This document shows positions 28,115 through 37,098 of a stretch of 64,000 bases of DNA, one piece after another (position 1 is the stretch's first letter; each line of letters begins with the position of its first letter). The stretch is taken from positions 40,171-104,170 of the forward strand of contig JAJDEQ010000232.1 of the NCBI GenBank assembly GCA_029259695.1, read 5' to 3'. Under the pieces are notes generated by a model. It was not told the DNA's origin and made no database searches. It worked only from the letters and a program-made list of their open reading frames with translations. The DNA is from Planctomycetota bacterium (GTDB taxonomy: Bacteria; Planctomycetota; B15-G4). Position numbers and translations under genes: made by a program.

Positions 28115-29698
28115 TCAGCCGTCCTCTTCGAGATCCTCGTCGGGATCCTCGTCGGGATCCTCGTCGCGCCACATGACCGTGGACACGCCTTCGACCGGCG
28201 AGGGGTCCACGTCGAAGCGCCGGACCAGCACGGCGTGCACCTCTCGGTGCCGCTCGCGCACTCCGAATTGCGGGGTCGAGCGGTGGTAGTACACCGGCCG
28301 ACCGGCGAGCAGGTGCTCGCGCACCAGCGTCGCCACCCGATGGGGCTTGACCACCGGCAAGCCCGCCGTCCGGGACGAGAGGTCGCTCAGTGGAGCGCTG
28401 TTGTACGTGTCGAGGTAGATCACCTCGCGTCCCGAGGCAGGCGACGCGCCGACCGGCCCCAGGATGATCGGTTCGACTAATGCGGGCAGGGCCGCCGTGA
28501 GCAGCACGGCGTCCGGCTCCAGCGCCGGCCCCGCACGACGCAGGCTCTCGTAGCTGCGCGTCGACTCCCGGTCGATGGCGCTGGGGCCCGGGGCCGCGAC
28601 CAGGCGCACGGTCACCAGCGCGACGGCCCCGATCAACGCGACGGCCTGCCCCCAGCCTGACGGCATGACCCGCGCCAGACCGCACCCGCCCAGCACGCAC
28701 AACAGGGGGATCGAAGGGACGAGGTACGCCGCCGAGTGGAACGCGTAAGGCGCGTGCACGGCGTAGGTCGTCGCCACGAGCCCGCCCAGCAGCAGCGCCG
28801 CACGAGCACCGCGGGGATCGACACCGTACCCGCGCAAGGCGAGCACCAGCCCCAGCACACCGACGGCGATCACCGGCAGACTGTAGATCGAGCCGAGCCC
28901 GAGGAACGAGATGGTGAAGGGCCAGCTCTCCCCGATCGAGAAGCCCGCGGGGCTCCAGATCATGTGGCGCCAGCTGTAGCTGTAGATGCCCCAGCCCCAG
29001 TGGTCGTACCCGGTGAGCAACGGGTGACCGTAGCTCCACTGGTTGTGCCACAGCACCAGCGCGCTCGCCGGCAGGGCGCCCGCCGCGAACCAGAGCAGCG
29101 GTCGCCAGCGCCCGCGTGCCCCCGGCAGGCCCCAGCAGAGCGCCACCAGGCCGATCCCCAGCGGGATCGCGACGTTGGTGTAGCGGATCAGGATGGAGAC
29201 GCCGGCCACCCCCCCCGCCGCGAGCAACCGGCCCGGGCGCCGGGCGTCGAGCACGAGCAGCAGCGCGGCCATGGCGAACAGGGCCGACGGGACCTGGGAA
29301 TGGAGGTTCGACGCCGCGTTGCGGAACCCGTCGGCGGAGAGCAGCAGCAGCACGGCCAGCAGGCCCGCCATCGGACCCCCGAGGCGACGGGCGATCAACA
29401 GCGTGAACAGCACCACCCCGAGGGCGCAGGCCAAGATCGAGAACACCCCGACACGCACGTCGTCCGCGACGAACAGCATCGGAATCGCCAACAGGGCCGG
29501 GCAGCCGACGGGGTAGGGCCCCGGATACAACTCGCCGCCCACCGAGACCGTATTGCCCGACCCGCTGGCCAGGTGCAGCGCCTGCGAGGCGTAGCCCACC
29601 GAGTCGAACAAGAGCGGCACGTCACGCGGCGACACGAACAGCACCCATGCCGCGACGACGATCACCGCCGCCACCTGCCTGGGTCCGCCCGGACTCAC
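28115..29698 (-). CDS. Polytopic membrane protein, GT-C-like (ArnT/PMT family-like) glycosyltransferase candidate
   Basis: More than 10 predicted TM helices, then a soluble C-terminal domain and a DEDP-repeat tail. The GTG 29698 start forms a GTGA overlap with the upstream transporter stop. The family call rests on architecture only. Confidence 0.6.
   Translation of the reverse strand: MSPGGPRQVAAVIVVAAWVLFVSPRDVPLLFDSVGYASQALHLASGSGNTVSVGGELYPGPYPVGCPALLAIPMLFVADDVRVGVFSILACALGVVLFTLLIARRLGGPMAGLLAVLLLLSADGFRNAASNLHSQVPSALFAMAALLLVLDARRPGRLLAAGGVAGVSILIRYTNVAIPLGIGLVALCWGLPGARGRWRPLLWFAAGALPASALVLWHNQWSYGHPLLTGYDHWGWGIYSYSWRHMIWSPAGFSIGESWPFTISFLGLGSIYSLPVIAVGVLGLVLALRGYGVDPRGARAALLLGGLVATTYAVHAPYAFHSAAYLVPSIPLLCVLGGCGLARVMPSGWGQAVALIGAVALVTVRLVAAPGPSAIDRESTRSYESLRRAGPALEPDAVLLTAALPALVEPIILGPVGASPASGREVIYLDTYNSAPLSDLSSRTAGLPVVKPHRVATLVREHLLAGRPVYYHRSTPQFGVRERHREVHAVLVRRFDVDPSPVEGVSTVMWRDEDPDEDPDEDLEEDG
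28132..28167. repeat. 3 x 12-nt in-frame tandem repeat (gatcctcgtcgg)
   Basis: Copies at 28132-28143, 28144-28155 and 28156-28167 (11/12). On the minus strand they encode the DEDPDEDPDEDL tail of the GT-C-like protein. Confidence 0.9.
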
Positions 29699-31239
29699 CC
29701 GGAGAGCGCCGGCTCTGGCTCGGCCAGCGGCGTCTCCCCCTCCGTCCGCGCGATGACGGCGGCGCCGCACGAGTCACTCCAGACGTTGACCATCGTGCGC
29801 ATCATGTCGAGCGGGCGATCGACGGCCAGCAGCAACGCGGCACCCTCCACCGGCAGGTTGAGGGCGCTCAGGATGGTCAACATCATCACCAGCCCCGCCG
29901 ACGGGATGCCCGCCGCGCCGATCGAGGCCATCAGGGCCATGAAGACGATCATCGCCTGCTGCGCGAAGGTGAGCGCGAACGGGCTGATGCCCTCGTAGTA
30001 TTGGGCCAGGAAGATCACGCCCACGCACTCGTAGAGCGCCGTGCCGTCCATGTTGATCGTGGCGCCGAGCGGCAGCACGAACGAGGTCGTGCGGTTGCTG
30101 ACCTTGCCGCGCTCCTCGACCGTGCGCAGCGTCACCGGGAGCGTGACCGAGGACGAGGACGTCGACACCGCGGTCAGCAGGGCCGGCCCCATGGCGCTGG
30201 CCCAGCGTCGCGGCGAGATCCGCGCGAACAGTCGCAGGATGATCGGCAGCGTGATCAGCGCGTGGATCACGAGCCCTGCCGCGACGGTCAGCATGTAGAG
30301 GCCCAGCGCACCGAACAGCCCGAAGCCGGTCGAGCCCACGACCTTGACCAGCAACGCGAACACGCCGTACGGGATCAGCCCCAGCACGAAGCCCGCGACC
30401 TTCATCATCACCTCGAAGGCAGCCTGGAAGAACTGCTTCACGATCGTGCGATGGGGTTCGGCCGTGCGCGTGACGAAGATGCCGAACAGCAGGGCGAAGA
30501 AGATCACCTGCAACATCTGCCCGTTGTCGGAGAGCGCAACGAACACGTTCTCCGGGACCATGCGTCGCAGCACGTCCAGGAAGCTCTGCTCGGCCACGTC
30601 CTCGAAGCTCTGCGTGGGTCGCAGTCCGAGAGCCGCGCCGTCACCCGGGCGGATGATGTTCACCAGCACGAGGCCGAGGAAGATGGCCAAGACGCTCGTG
30701 GTCACGTAGTACGCGAACGTCTTGAGGCTCAGCCGGCGCAGGTCGCTGCCGCCGCCCACGCCCGCCACGCCGGTGATGATCGAGGTCAGCACGATCGGCA
30801 CGATCAGCATCTTCAACAGCAGGATGAAGAGATCGGCCACAAAGGCGAAGGGTTCGATCCACCGGGCGCGCTGCGAAGCCGCGTCCAAGCCGACGATCAC
30901 GGGTGTGGGCTCGGCCAGGCCGCGCACGTGGAACCAGAGCGCTTCGCCGATCGCGGCGTCGTCGAGCACGGCCAGCAGTGCGGACGCATCGGGCGTCTGC
31001 TGCACCGCCTCGCGCTCCGCGTCGTCCCGGTGCCGGGTGATCCGCTCGACCACCTGCCCGGCCGCGAGTTCGGCTCCCGCCCCGGCGCCGTCGGGGGCCA
31101 CGACCTCGATGACCGCGCCGCCCTCGCCGTCCGCGAAGGACAGGCCCACGGTGGGCTTGCCCTCCAGCCCGATCTGGAACCAGCCGCCGACGACGACGCC
31201 GGCCACGAGCGCGATGACGATCTGCCAGTGGAGCTTCAC
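29695..31239 (-). CDS. Dicarboxylate/amino acid:cation symporter (DAACS, GltP-like) with about 95-aa insertion after TM1
   Basis: LLLKMLIVPIVLTSIITGVAG, SSSSVTLP, GATINMDGTALYE, DRPLDMMRTMVNVWSD are DAACS hallmarks. Confidence 0.88.
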   Translation of the reverse strand: MKLHWQIVIALVAGVVVGGWFQIGLEGKPTVGLSFADGEGGAVIEVVAPDGAGAGAELAAGQVVERITRHRDDAEREAVQQTPDASALLAVLDDAAIGEALWFHVRGLAEPTPVIVGLDAASQRARWIEPFAFVADLFILLLKMLIVPIVLTSIITGVAGVGGGSDLRRLSLKTFAYYVTTSVLAIFLGLVLVNIIRPGDGAALGLRPTQSFEDVAEQSFLDVLRRMVPENVFVALSDNGQMLQVIFFALLFGIFVTRTAEPHRTIVKQFFQAAFEVMMKVAGFVLGLIPYGVFALLVKVVGSTGFGLFGALGLYMLTVAAGLVIHALITLPIILRLFARISPRRWASAMGPALLTAVSTSSSSVTLPVTLRTVEERGKVSNRTTSFVLPLGATINMDGTALYECVGVIFLAQYYEGISPFALTFAQQAMIVFMALMASIGAAGIPSAGLVMMLTILSALNLPVEGAALLLAVDRPLDMMRTMVNVWSDSCGAAVIARTEGETPLAEPEPALSG

Positions 31240-31308
31240 GGCGTCACAGGTTACTGGCCTCGGCGCGCCGAAACGAGCGGCGGGGACGCGGGCTCAGGAA
31301 ACGGGGGC

Positions 31309-32268
31309 TCAGGAAACGGACGAGCCCGGCGGGACGAACGGCCCCATGACCTTCTTGCCCAGTGCCGACGCGATCAGGTCGCACATGAGCACCGCGGTCC
31401 CGTTGCGGTTGTCCAGGATCGGGTTCAACTCGGCCAGTTCGAGGGAGACCAGCATGCCCGAGTCCGCGATCAACTCGCAGATCATGTGGGCCTCGCGCAT
31501 CGTGATGCCCCCCGGCACGGGCGTGCCCACGCCCGGGGCGTAGTCGGGGTCGATTCCGTCGACGTCCAGGGAGAGGTGGATGCCGTCGGTCCCGCGAGAG
31601 GCGATCTCCAGCGCTTCCTGGATCACCGCCCCCGCGCCGAGCACGTCCACCTTCATCATCTCGAAGTAGGTCAGCCCGCTGCGCATGACGAGTTCCCGCT
31701 CGCGATCGTCCACGTCCCGCAGACCGATCAGCACGGTGTTCTCGGGCGCGACCTTGGGGGCGAAGCCGCCGATGTTGACGAGCTGCGGGTGCCCGTATCC
31801 CAACAGCGCCGCCAGCGGCATCCCATGGATGTTGCCGCTGGGCGAGGTCTCATCGGTGTTCATGTCGGCGTGTGCGTCGATCCAGATCAGGCCGAACTTC
31901 TTGCCCTGCTTGCGGAAGTGCGATGCCACGCCCGCCACCGAGCCGATGGCCATCGAGTGGTCGCCGCCGATCACCAGCGGCAGCGCCTTGTCGTCGAGGA
32001 TGCGTTCCACACGCGGAGCCAGGCGCTCACACACGCGCACGATCTCGCGCAGGTAGCGCGGGCCCTGACCCGGCGTCCGACGCTCGGGGATCGGCACGGC
32101 CATGTCGCCACGGTCGACGAAGTCGTACCCCAAGGAGCGCACCTTGGCGGCGAGCCCCGCGTAGCGAGCCGCGGACGGCCCCATGTCGACGCCACGCCGA
32201 CCGGCGCCGAGATCCATGGGCACGCCGACCAGCCGGACCTCGCGAGGTTTCACTTTCTTGGCGGACAT
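31309..32268 (-). CDS. rocF: Arginase (ureohydrolase family)
   Basis: Start trimmed to ATG 32268 (MSAKKVKP). GGDHSMAIG, WIDAHADMNT, LSLDVDGIDP, ELAELNP manganese-site motifs. Confidence 0.88.
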   Translation of the reverse strand: MSAKKVKPREVRLVGVPMDLGAGRRGVDMGPSAARYAGLAAKVRSLGYDFVDRGDMAVPIPERRTPGQGPRYLREIVRVCERLAPRVERILDDKALPLVIGGDHSMAIGSVAGVASHFRKQGKKFGLIWIDAHADMNTDETSPSGNIHGMPLAALLGYGHPQLVNIGGFAPKVAPENTVLIGLRDVDDRERELVMRSGLTYFEMMKVDVLGAGAVIQEALEIASRGTDGIHLSLDVDGIDPDYAPGVGTPVPGGITMREAHMICELIADSGMLVSLELAELNPILDNRNGTAVLMCDLIASALGKKVMGPFVPPGSSVS

Positions 32269-32319
32269 GGGCAATCGAGGGGCCAGATCAAGCCGTTCGG
32301 GGCTCCGGTGCATAATCAG

Positions 32320-32329
32320 AGCATATGCT
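32320..32329. promoter_or_regulatory. Perfect 10-nt palindrome AGCATATGCT upstream of arginase
   Basis: Lies in an AT-richer patch (gtgcataatcagagcatatgcttaca) about 50 nt upstream of the arginase ATG on the minus strand. Candidate operator. Confidence 0.3.
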
Positions 32330-32517
32330 TACATCGAGCGAGGAACGACCAGATCGTGAGAGAGCAGGTCGTGCCCCACCCCGGATCCATCGGCGGCGGA
32401 GACCGCGACGATTGACGTTCGCCCTCGTTTCCGGCCGTTCGGGGCCGACGATGGCGAACTCGGCGCAGCACCGGCTCCGACTCGCGCTCACGCCGTCGCC
32501 TTCAACTGACTGATGAA

Positions 32518-34050
32518 TCAGAATTTATTGAGTAGCTGCCGCACCCGGTGGTAGGCCTTGTACTCGTAGGGCATGGAGAAGAACCCCGTCTTCATGCGCC
32601 AGCGGGCGGCCGCGCCCAGCACGGCCTTGGTCAGCTTGCCGCACTTCACGTGACCATCCGCCCAGGGAGCGAGGAAGTTGAAGACGCTCCACTCCTTGGC
32701 GACGGCTTCGGGGATCGCGCCCTTCCACGAGTCGACCTTGTACTCGAACATGCGGCCCCAATCGCCCGCCGTCGTCGGCGGCTGGTAGCCCGCGTCGAGC
32801 GCAGCCTGCCAGAGCGAAGCTCCGGGAATCGGCCGGTACGGGAAGACATCCACCGAGGCGTGCTTGAAGCTGTTCTTGATCGTCCGCGCTTCGTTGAGCG
32901 TCTCGAGCATCGACTCCTCGGTCTCGTCCGGGTAGCCGATGATGTAGCTGGCGCCGGCGACGATTCCGCGCTCGTCCATCTTGGCGATCGCCTTGAGGGC
33001 CTCACCCGGACGGATGCGCTTGCCGATGCTCTGCTGCGTCTCCCAACTGGCGGTCTCGACGCCTGTGGTGACGATGTACAGGCCCGAGTCACGCATGAGA
33101 TCCATGGTCTCGTCGCTGTACTGGTTGATCTGCTTGATCTCGATCGTGGTGTGCCAGGTCACATCGATGTTGCGCTCGAGCAGGCCGCGACAGAACGCGT
33201 TGGTGCGCGCCTGGCTCACGCCGAAGTTGGCGTCCTGGAAGCGCAGGCCGACGAACGGGTCGCGCTCGTAGAGCTCCTGGACGTGGTCGAGCAGATCGTT
33301 CGCCGGCATCATCTTCCAGGCCCGCTCGGTCAACTCCGGGGAGTTGCAGAAGGTGCAGGGCTCGGGACAACCGAACGAGCTGTGATAGCTGATGGCGGGG
33401 TACGCCGAGCGGCCGGGCGGGTCCGGAAAACGGTGGCGGATCCCACGCCCGCTCGGGCTGAGTTCGGATTCGCACTGACGACGCTGCTCGGCGTAGTAGC
33501 GCTGGAGGTCGAGCACCTCGTGGAACGGCGCGCGGGGGAACTCGTCGAACCCCACCACCTTGCGCTTGGGCGTGACCACCACGTGGCCTTCACGCAACAG
33601 TGCGAGACCCTGGATGTCGTCCAGCGGCACCCGCGACTCGTGGGCGTCCAGCATCTCGCCGAAGGTGATCTCGCCCTGCCCCATGCAGACCGCGTCGGCC
33701 GACGCGCCGTTGAGGAACAGCTCGGGCACCGCCGACGGGAACCAACCGCCCCACCAGATCTGGATGTGCGGGTTCGTCTCGCGCACGACGTTGCTGACCT
33801 CGACACCGTCGTACACCTGGTAACCGAGGATGCAGCTGCTGCAGTACACCGCCGCGTCGGCGCAAGCCGCGACGACACGCTCGAGCGGTTTCTCCTCGAC
33901 CATCGCGTCGATCAGCTCGACTTCCCAGCCCCGAGCGAGAGCCACGCCGGCGATCTGCTGCAACTCGAGCGGCAACAGATCAGCCGAGATCAACTCGCCC
34001 TTCACCGGGTCACCCCGGTGCGGCAGGAACATCACCACCTTCTTCTTCAT
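32518..34050 (-). CDS. B12-binding (class B) radical SAM enzyme
   Basis: Start trimmed to ATG 34050 (MKKKVVMFLP). N-terminal Rossmann-like cobalamin-binding region. CPEPCTFC (CxxxCxxC) 4Fe-4S motif. Confidence 0.85.
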   Translation of the reverse strand: MKKKVVMFLPHRGDPVKGELISADLLPLELQQIAGVALARGWEVELIDAMVEEKPLERVVAACADAAVYCSSCILGYQVYDGVEVSNVVRETNPHIQIWWGGWFPSAVPELFLNGASADAVCMGQGEITFGEMLDAHESRVPLDDIQGLALLREGHVVVTPKRKVVGFDEFPRAPFHEVLDLQRYYAEQRRQCESELSPSGRGIRHRFPDPPGRSAYPAISYHSSFGCPEPCTFCNSPELTERAWKMMPANDLLDHVQELYERDPFVGLRFQDANFGVSQARTNAFCRGLLERNIDVTWHTTIEIKQINQYSDETMDLMRDSGLYIVTTGVETASWETQQSIGKRIRPGEALKAIAKMDERGIVAGASYIIGYPDETEESMLETLNEARTIKNSFKHASVDVFPYRPIPGASLWQAALDAGYQPPTTAGDWGRMFEYKVDSWKGAIPEAVAKEWSVFNFLAPWADGHVKCGKLTKAVLGAAARWRMKTGFFSMPYEYKAYHRVRQLLNKF

Positions 34051-34256
34051 GGGGCTCGCGAACGCAGGAGCACGACGCGCAGCGCGTGCACCGAAGAGGG
34101 GACCGGAGTACAGGTAAGGCATCGGCCAGGGACATGCCGCCGGATCTCCTAGTGTAACATGCATCTTTCGGCATGAACCGCTCCCGACCGTGGTGACAAT
34201 CGACACGAAGCCCGGAACCGATCCCGGCGTCAGGTGACCTCACCGGGGCAGCGACC

Positions 34257-35741
34257 ATGAGCCCGAGCCCGCGGCATCCCCTCCCCGACGAGGACTGGCC
34301 CACGCGCGCCGCGGCGGCTGCCAGCCGCCTGTTCTCGCCGCTCACCCTGCGCAGCGGGCTGACGCTGCGCGACCGCACCTGGGTCCCGGCGATGGTGCCC
34401 TGGCGCGCGACCGAGGAGGGCTTCGTCAGCCCGGACGTGGTGGCCTGGTACGAGCGCCTGGCCCGCGGCCGCCCGGCCGTCCTGGTGGTGGAAGCCACGG
34501 GGATTCGCGACGTCCCCAGCGGGCCCTTGCTGCGCATCGGCCATGACCGTTTCCTGCCCGGGCTCCGGGACCTGGTCCGGGCTGTGGCGGAGGCCAGCGA
34601 CGGCTGCACGCGGCTGCTGATCCAGGTCATCGACTTCCTCGCGATCCGACGGCGACCGGCACGCGAGCGTTTCCTCGGCGAGTTCCTGGCGCTCACCGAT
34701 CGACATCGGGAAGCCCTGCATGCGCGCGGCGCCTTCGTCGATCGCCCCGCCGGCGCGATCGACGACGGCGTCGTCCGAGCCGCGCTCAGCGCGCTCCCCG
34801 ACGACGCCCTGCCCGATGTGCTCTCCGAGCGCGAACTCGAGGACCTGCACCAGGGTTACCGCGAGCGCGTCACCGACCTTCACCTCGCGCACGTCGCGGA
34901 GCTCCCGCGCGTGCTGCCCCGGCTCTTCGCGGACGCCGCCCAGCGTGCCCAGGCCGCGGGTTTCGACGGCGTCGAGTTGCACTACGCGCACGCCTACACG
35001 ATGGCGTCGTTCCTCTCCCGTGCGAACGACCGCGAGGACGGCTACGGAGGTTCACGCGACGCACGCTGCCGCCTCCCCCTGGAAGTCCTCGCCGCCGTGC
35101 GGCAGCGCGTCGGCCGGGCCTACACGGTCGGCTGCCGCATGTTGTCGGACGAGGTCATCCCCGAGGGCAGCCGGGTGGACGACGCGATCCACTACGCTCG
35201 GCGCTTCGCAGCGGAGGGCATGGACTACCTCTCGATCTCCCGGGGAGGCAAGTTCGAGGACGCGCGGCAGCCGCGTGTCGGCGCCGCTGTCTACCCCTAC
35301 ACCGGACCCAGCGGGCACGCCTGCATGCCCACGGTCTTCGGCGCCGCCCCACCGTTCGGGCTGAATCTCGACCTCACCGCCCGCATCCGCAGCGCGCTCC
35401 GGGACGCGGGCCTGGACACTCCGATCGTCGCGGCCGGCGGCATCAACGGGTTCGGCCTGGCGGAACGAGCCCTCGCGACCGGGCAGGCCGACCTGATCGG
35501 CGCGGCCCGTCAATCGCTGGCCGACCCCGACTGGTTCGCCAAGATGCGCGAGGGGCGAGGGACCGAGATCAACCGCTGCCTGTACACGAACTACTGCGAG
35601 GCGCTCGATCAGCAGCACCGCCAGGTGACCTGTCAGCTGTGGGACCGGCTCGCACTCGATGCCGATGCGACACTCAGCGCCGACGGACGCCGCAGACTGG
35701 TGGCGCCTCCCGACGGGTGGCGGGCGCGCACGCGCTCCTGA
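34257..35741 (+). CDS. Old-Yellow-Enzyme-family NADH:flavin oxidoreductase
   Basis: LFSPLTLRSGLTLRDR, GFDGVELHYAHAYTMASFLS, REDGYGGS, AAGGI..., ADLIGAARQSLADPDW. Confidence 0.8.
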   Translation: MSPSPRHPLPDEDWPTRAAAAASRLFSPLTLRSGLTLRDRTWVPAMVPWRATEEGFVSPDVVAWYERLARGRPAVLVVEATGIRDVPSGPLLRIGHDRFLPGLRDLVRAVAEASDGCTRLLIQVIDFLAIRRRPARERFLGEFLALTDRHREALHARGAFVDRPAGAIDDGVVRAALSALPDDALPDVLSERELEDLHQGYRERVTDLHLAHVAELPRVLPRLFADAAQRAQAAGFDGVELHYAHAYTMASFLSRANDREDGYGGSRDARCRLPLEVLAAVRQRVGRAYTVGCRMLSDEVIPEGSRVDDAIHYARRFAAEGMDYLSISRGGKFEDARQPRVGAAVYPYTGPSGHACMPTVFGAAPPFGLNLDLTARIRSALRDAGLDTPIVAAGGINGFGLAERALATGQADLIGAARQSLADPDWFAKMREGRGTEINRCLYTNYCEALDQQHRQVTCQLWDRLALDADATLSADGRRRLVAPPDGWRARTRS

Positions 35742-35802
35742 CGTCAGCGTCGACGGGCCTGTTGCGCGCGAGACTGCGGCCCCACCCGCGGCCATGGGCG
35801 GC

Positions 35803-36357
35803 TCAGTTGGCGGACGGGTCGCCACCCTCCATGGACAGCCAACCGTAGTGTCCGCCGAGTTCGCGCAGCACGGTGACCCAGAGATCGTCCGACGGGACGT
35901 CGAAGACGTGTTCGGGCCGCGCCGGCGCAATGATCCACGCACCCTCGGCGGTCTCTGATTCGAGCTGCCCCCCCCCCCAGCCCGCGTACCCCACGTAACC
36001 GCGCAACCCGTCGCCCTCGGGTGCCGAGTCGAGCAGGGTTTCCAGCTCGGTGCCAAGCGCCACGCCCGGCAGGATCATCCGGCCGCTGCCGGCATGTCGG
36101 GTCAACACCTGGAGCATGTCGTCCTGCACCGGGCCACCCTGGAACAGGGGGATCGAGCCACCGCGGGGATCCACATCGGGCAGCACGTCGACCAGCGTCC
36201 TGTCGAGCGGACGATTCAAGACGACCCCGAACGTGCCCCCGTCATCGTGCGTGATGATCAGCACCACCGTCCGAGCGAAGTTCGGATCGAGCAGACTGGG
36301 ACTGGCCACGATCAGGAACCCCGGTTCGATCTCGCGCTCGTTCACCTCGTGCACCAC
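35803..36357 (-). CDS. YqgE/AlgH-family protein (UPF0301)
   Basis: GFLIVASPSLLDPNFARTVVLI, GVVLNRP, FQGGPV, GYAGWGGGQLESE. Confidence 0.85.
   Translation of the reverse strand: MVHEVNEREIEPGFLIVASPSLLDPNFARTVVLIITHDDGGTFGVVLNRPLDRTLVDVLPDVDPRGGSIPLFQGGPVQDDMLQVLTRHAGSGRMILPGVALGTELETLLDSAPEGDGLRGYVGYAGWGGGQLESETAEGAWIIAPARPEHVFDVPSDDLWVTVLRELGGHYGWLSMEGGDPSAN
35968..35978. repeat. C11 homopolymer inside the AlgH/YqgE coding sequence
   Basis: tgCCCCCCCCCCCag. Encodes the GGG of the conserved GWGGGQLE motif on the minus strand. Confidence 0.95.
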
Positions 36358-36673
36358 CTTGTCGTGCCGACGCTCGCCCCCGCCCTCCCGGCCGGCAGCA
36401 GACCGGCCCCAAACCAGCGTTGCCCACCGCTCGGCGGCGGAACATCAGGGGAGAATGGCGCATGCCGCCCGGTCATGCGTCCATCCTCCTGTGCGACAAG
36501 CGGCCGTCAAGTGCGCAAAGCAGACCGGCGGCTCGTCTGGCCGCACCGCGACAGGGCTTGGGCTGGAAGCTCTTATGGGCTACACCAAGGCGTCGAAGAC
36601 CCCGGCTCCGCACCAGGGCGACGAACACGAGGCAGGCGACCGGGCCACCGGCGCCCCCAGCCAGGAGACCAGC

Positions 36674-37087
36674 ATGTACGACCCCACCATGACCGCGCCG
36701 ATGCGCGACGAACTCATCCGCGCCGGTGTCACGTCACTGGAGAGCCCCGAACAGGTCGACCAGATCCTGGGCCAGCCCGGCACCGCCATGGTCGTCGTCA
36801 ACTCTGTGTGCGGTTGCGCGGCCGCCAACGCGCGCCCCGGTGCGATCATGTCGCTGAACCACGGCACGCTCCCGGACAAGTCGGTCACCGTCTTCGCCGG
36901 CGTGGACCGCGACGCCGTGAACCAGGCGCGCAGCTACTTCCGCGGGTTCATGCCCAGCTCACCGTCGATCGCACTGATGAAGGACGGGGAGTGCGTCTTC
37001 ATGCTGCAACGCCACGAGATCGAGGGCCGCGACCCGAACGACATCGCCACCCGCCTGACCGAGGCCTTCGACGCGCACTGCGCCTGA
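36674..37087 (+). CDS. Bacilliredoxin (BrxA/BrxB, DUF1094) family protein
   Basis: Last 137 aa of ORF 36050..37087. GGAG 6 nt before ATG 36674. VVVNSVCGCAA CGC redox motif. Confidence 0.8.
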   Translation: MYDPTMTAPMRDELIRAGVTSLESPEQVDQILGQPGTAMVVVNSVCGCAAANARPGAIMSLNHGTLPDKSVTVFAGVDRDAVNQARSYFRGFMPSSPSIALMKDGECVFMLQRHEIEGRDPNDIATRLTEAFDAHCA

Positions 37088-37098
37088 GGGCCCCGGGC

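Noticed and set aside
32300-32345. ARG box (ArgR/AhrC operator) upstream of arginase
   Set aside because: The AT-richer segment and palindrome do not fit the TNTGAATWWWWATTCANW-type consensus beyond a few positions. It is kept only as a generic candidate operator.
29647-32415. 922-aa plus-strand ORF. Similar long ORFs lie at 5042..7363(+), 14090..16216(+), 17012..19435(-), 19336..21681(+), 24226..26238(+) and 27954..29051(-).
   Set aside because: Each lies antisense to, or out of frame with, a gene that has clear family motifs (DAACS/arginase, GldG-like, DUF885, PHP, EgtB/EgtD, RarA, GT-C). The translations are Arg/Gly/His/Pro-rich low complexity. They are GC-driven stop-codon depletion.
34051-34160. 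Possible cobalamin riboswitch in the leader of the B12-binding radical SAM gene
   Set aside because: Reading the minus-strand leader, I could not find a B12-box-like core (GCCACTG-type) or the expected multi-stem junction. There are only short local hairpins.
36050-36673. 208-codon extension upstream of the bacilliredoxin (also an alternative ATG at 36575)
   Set aside because: It overlaps algH antisense and has no motifs. Bacilliredoxins are about 140 aa, and ATG 36674 has a GGAG at the proper distance.
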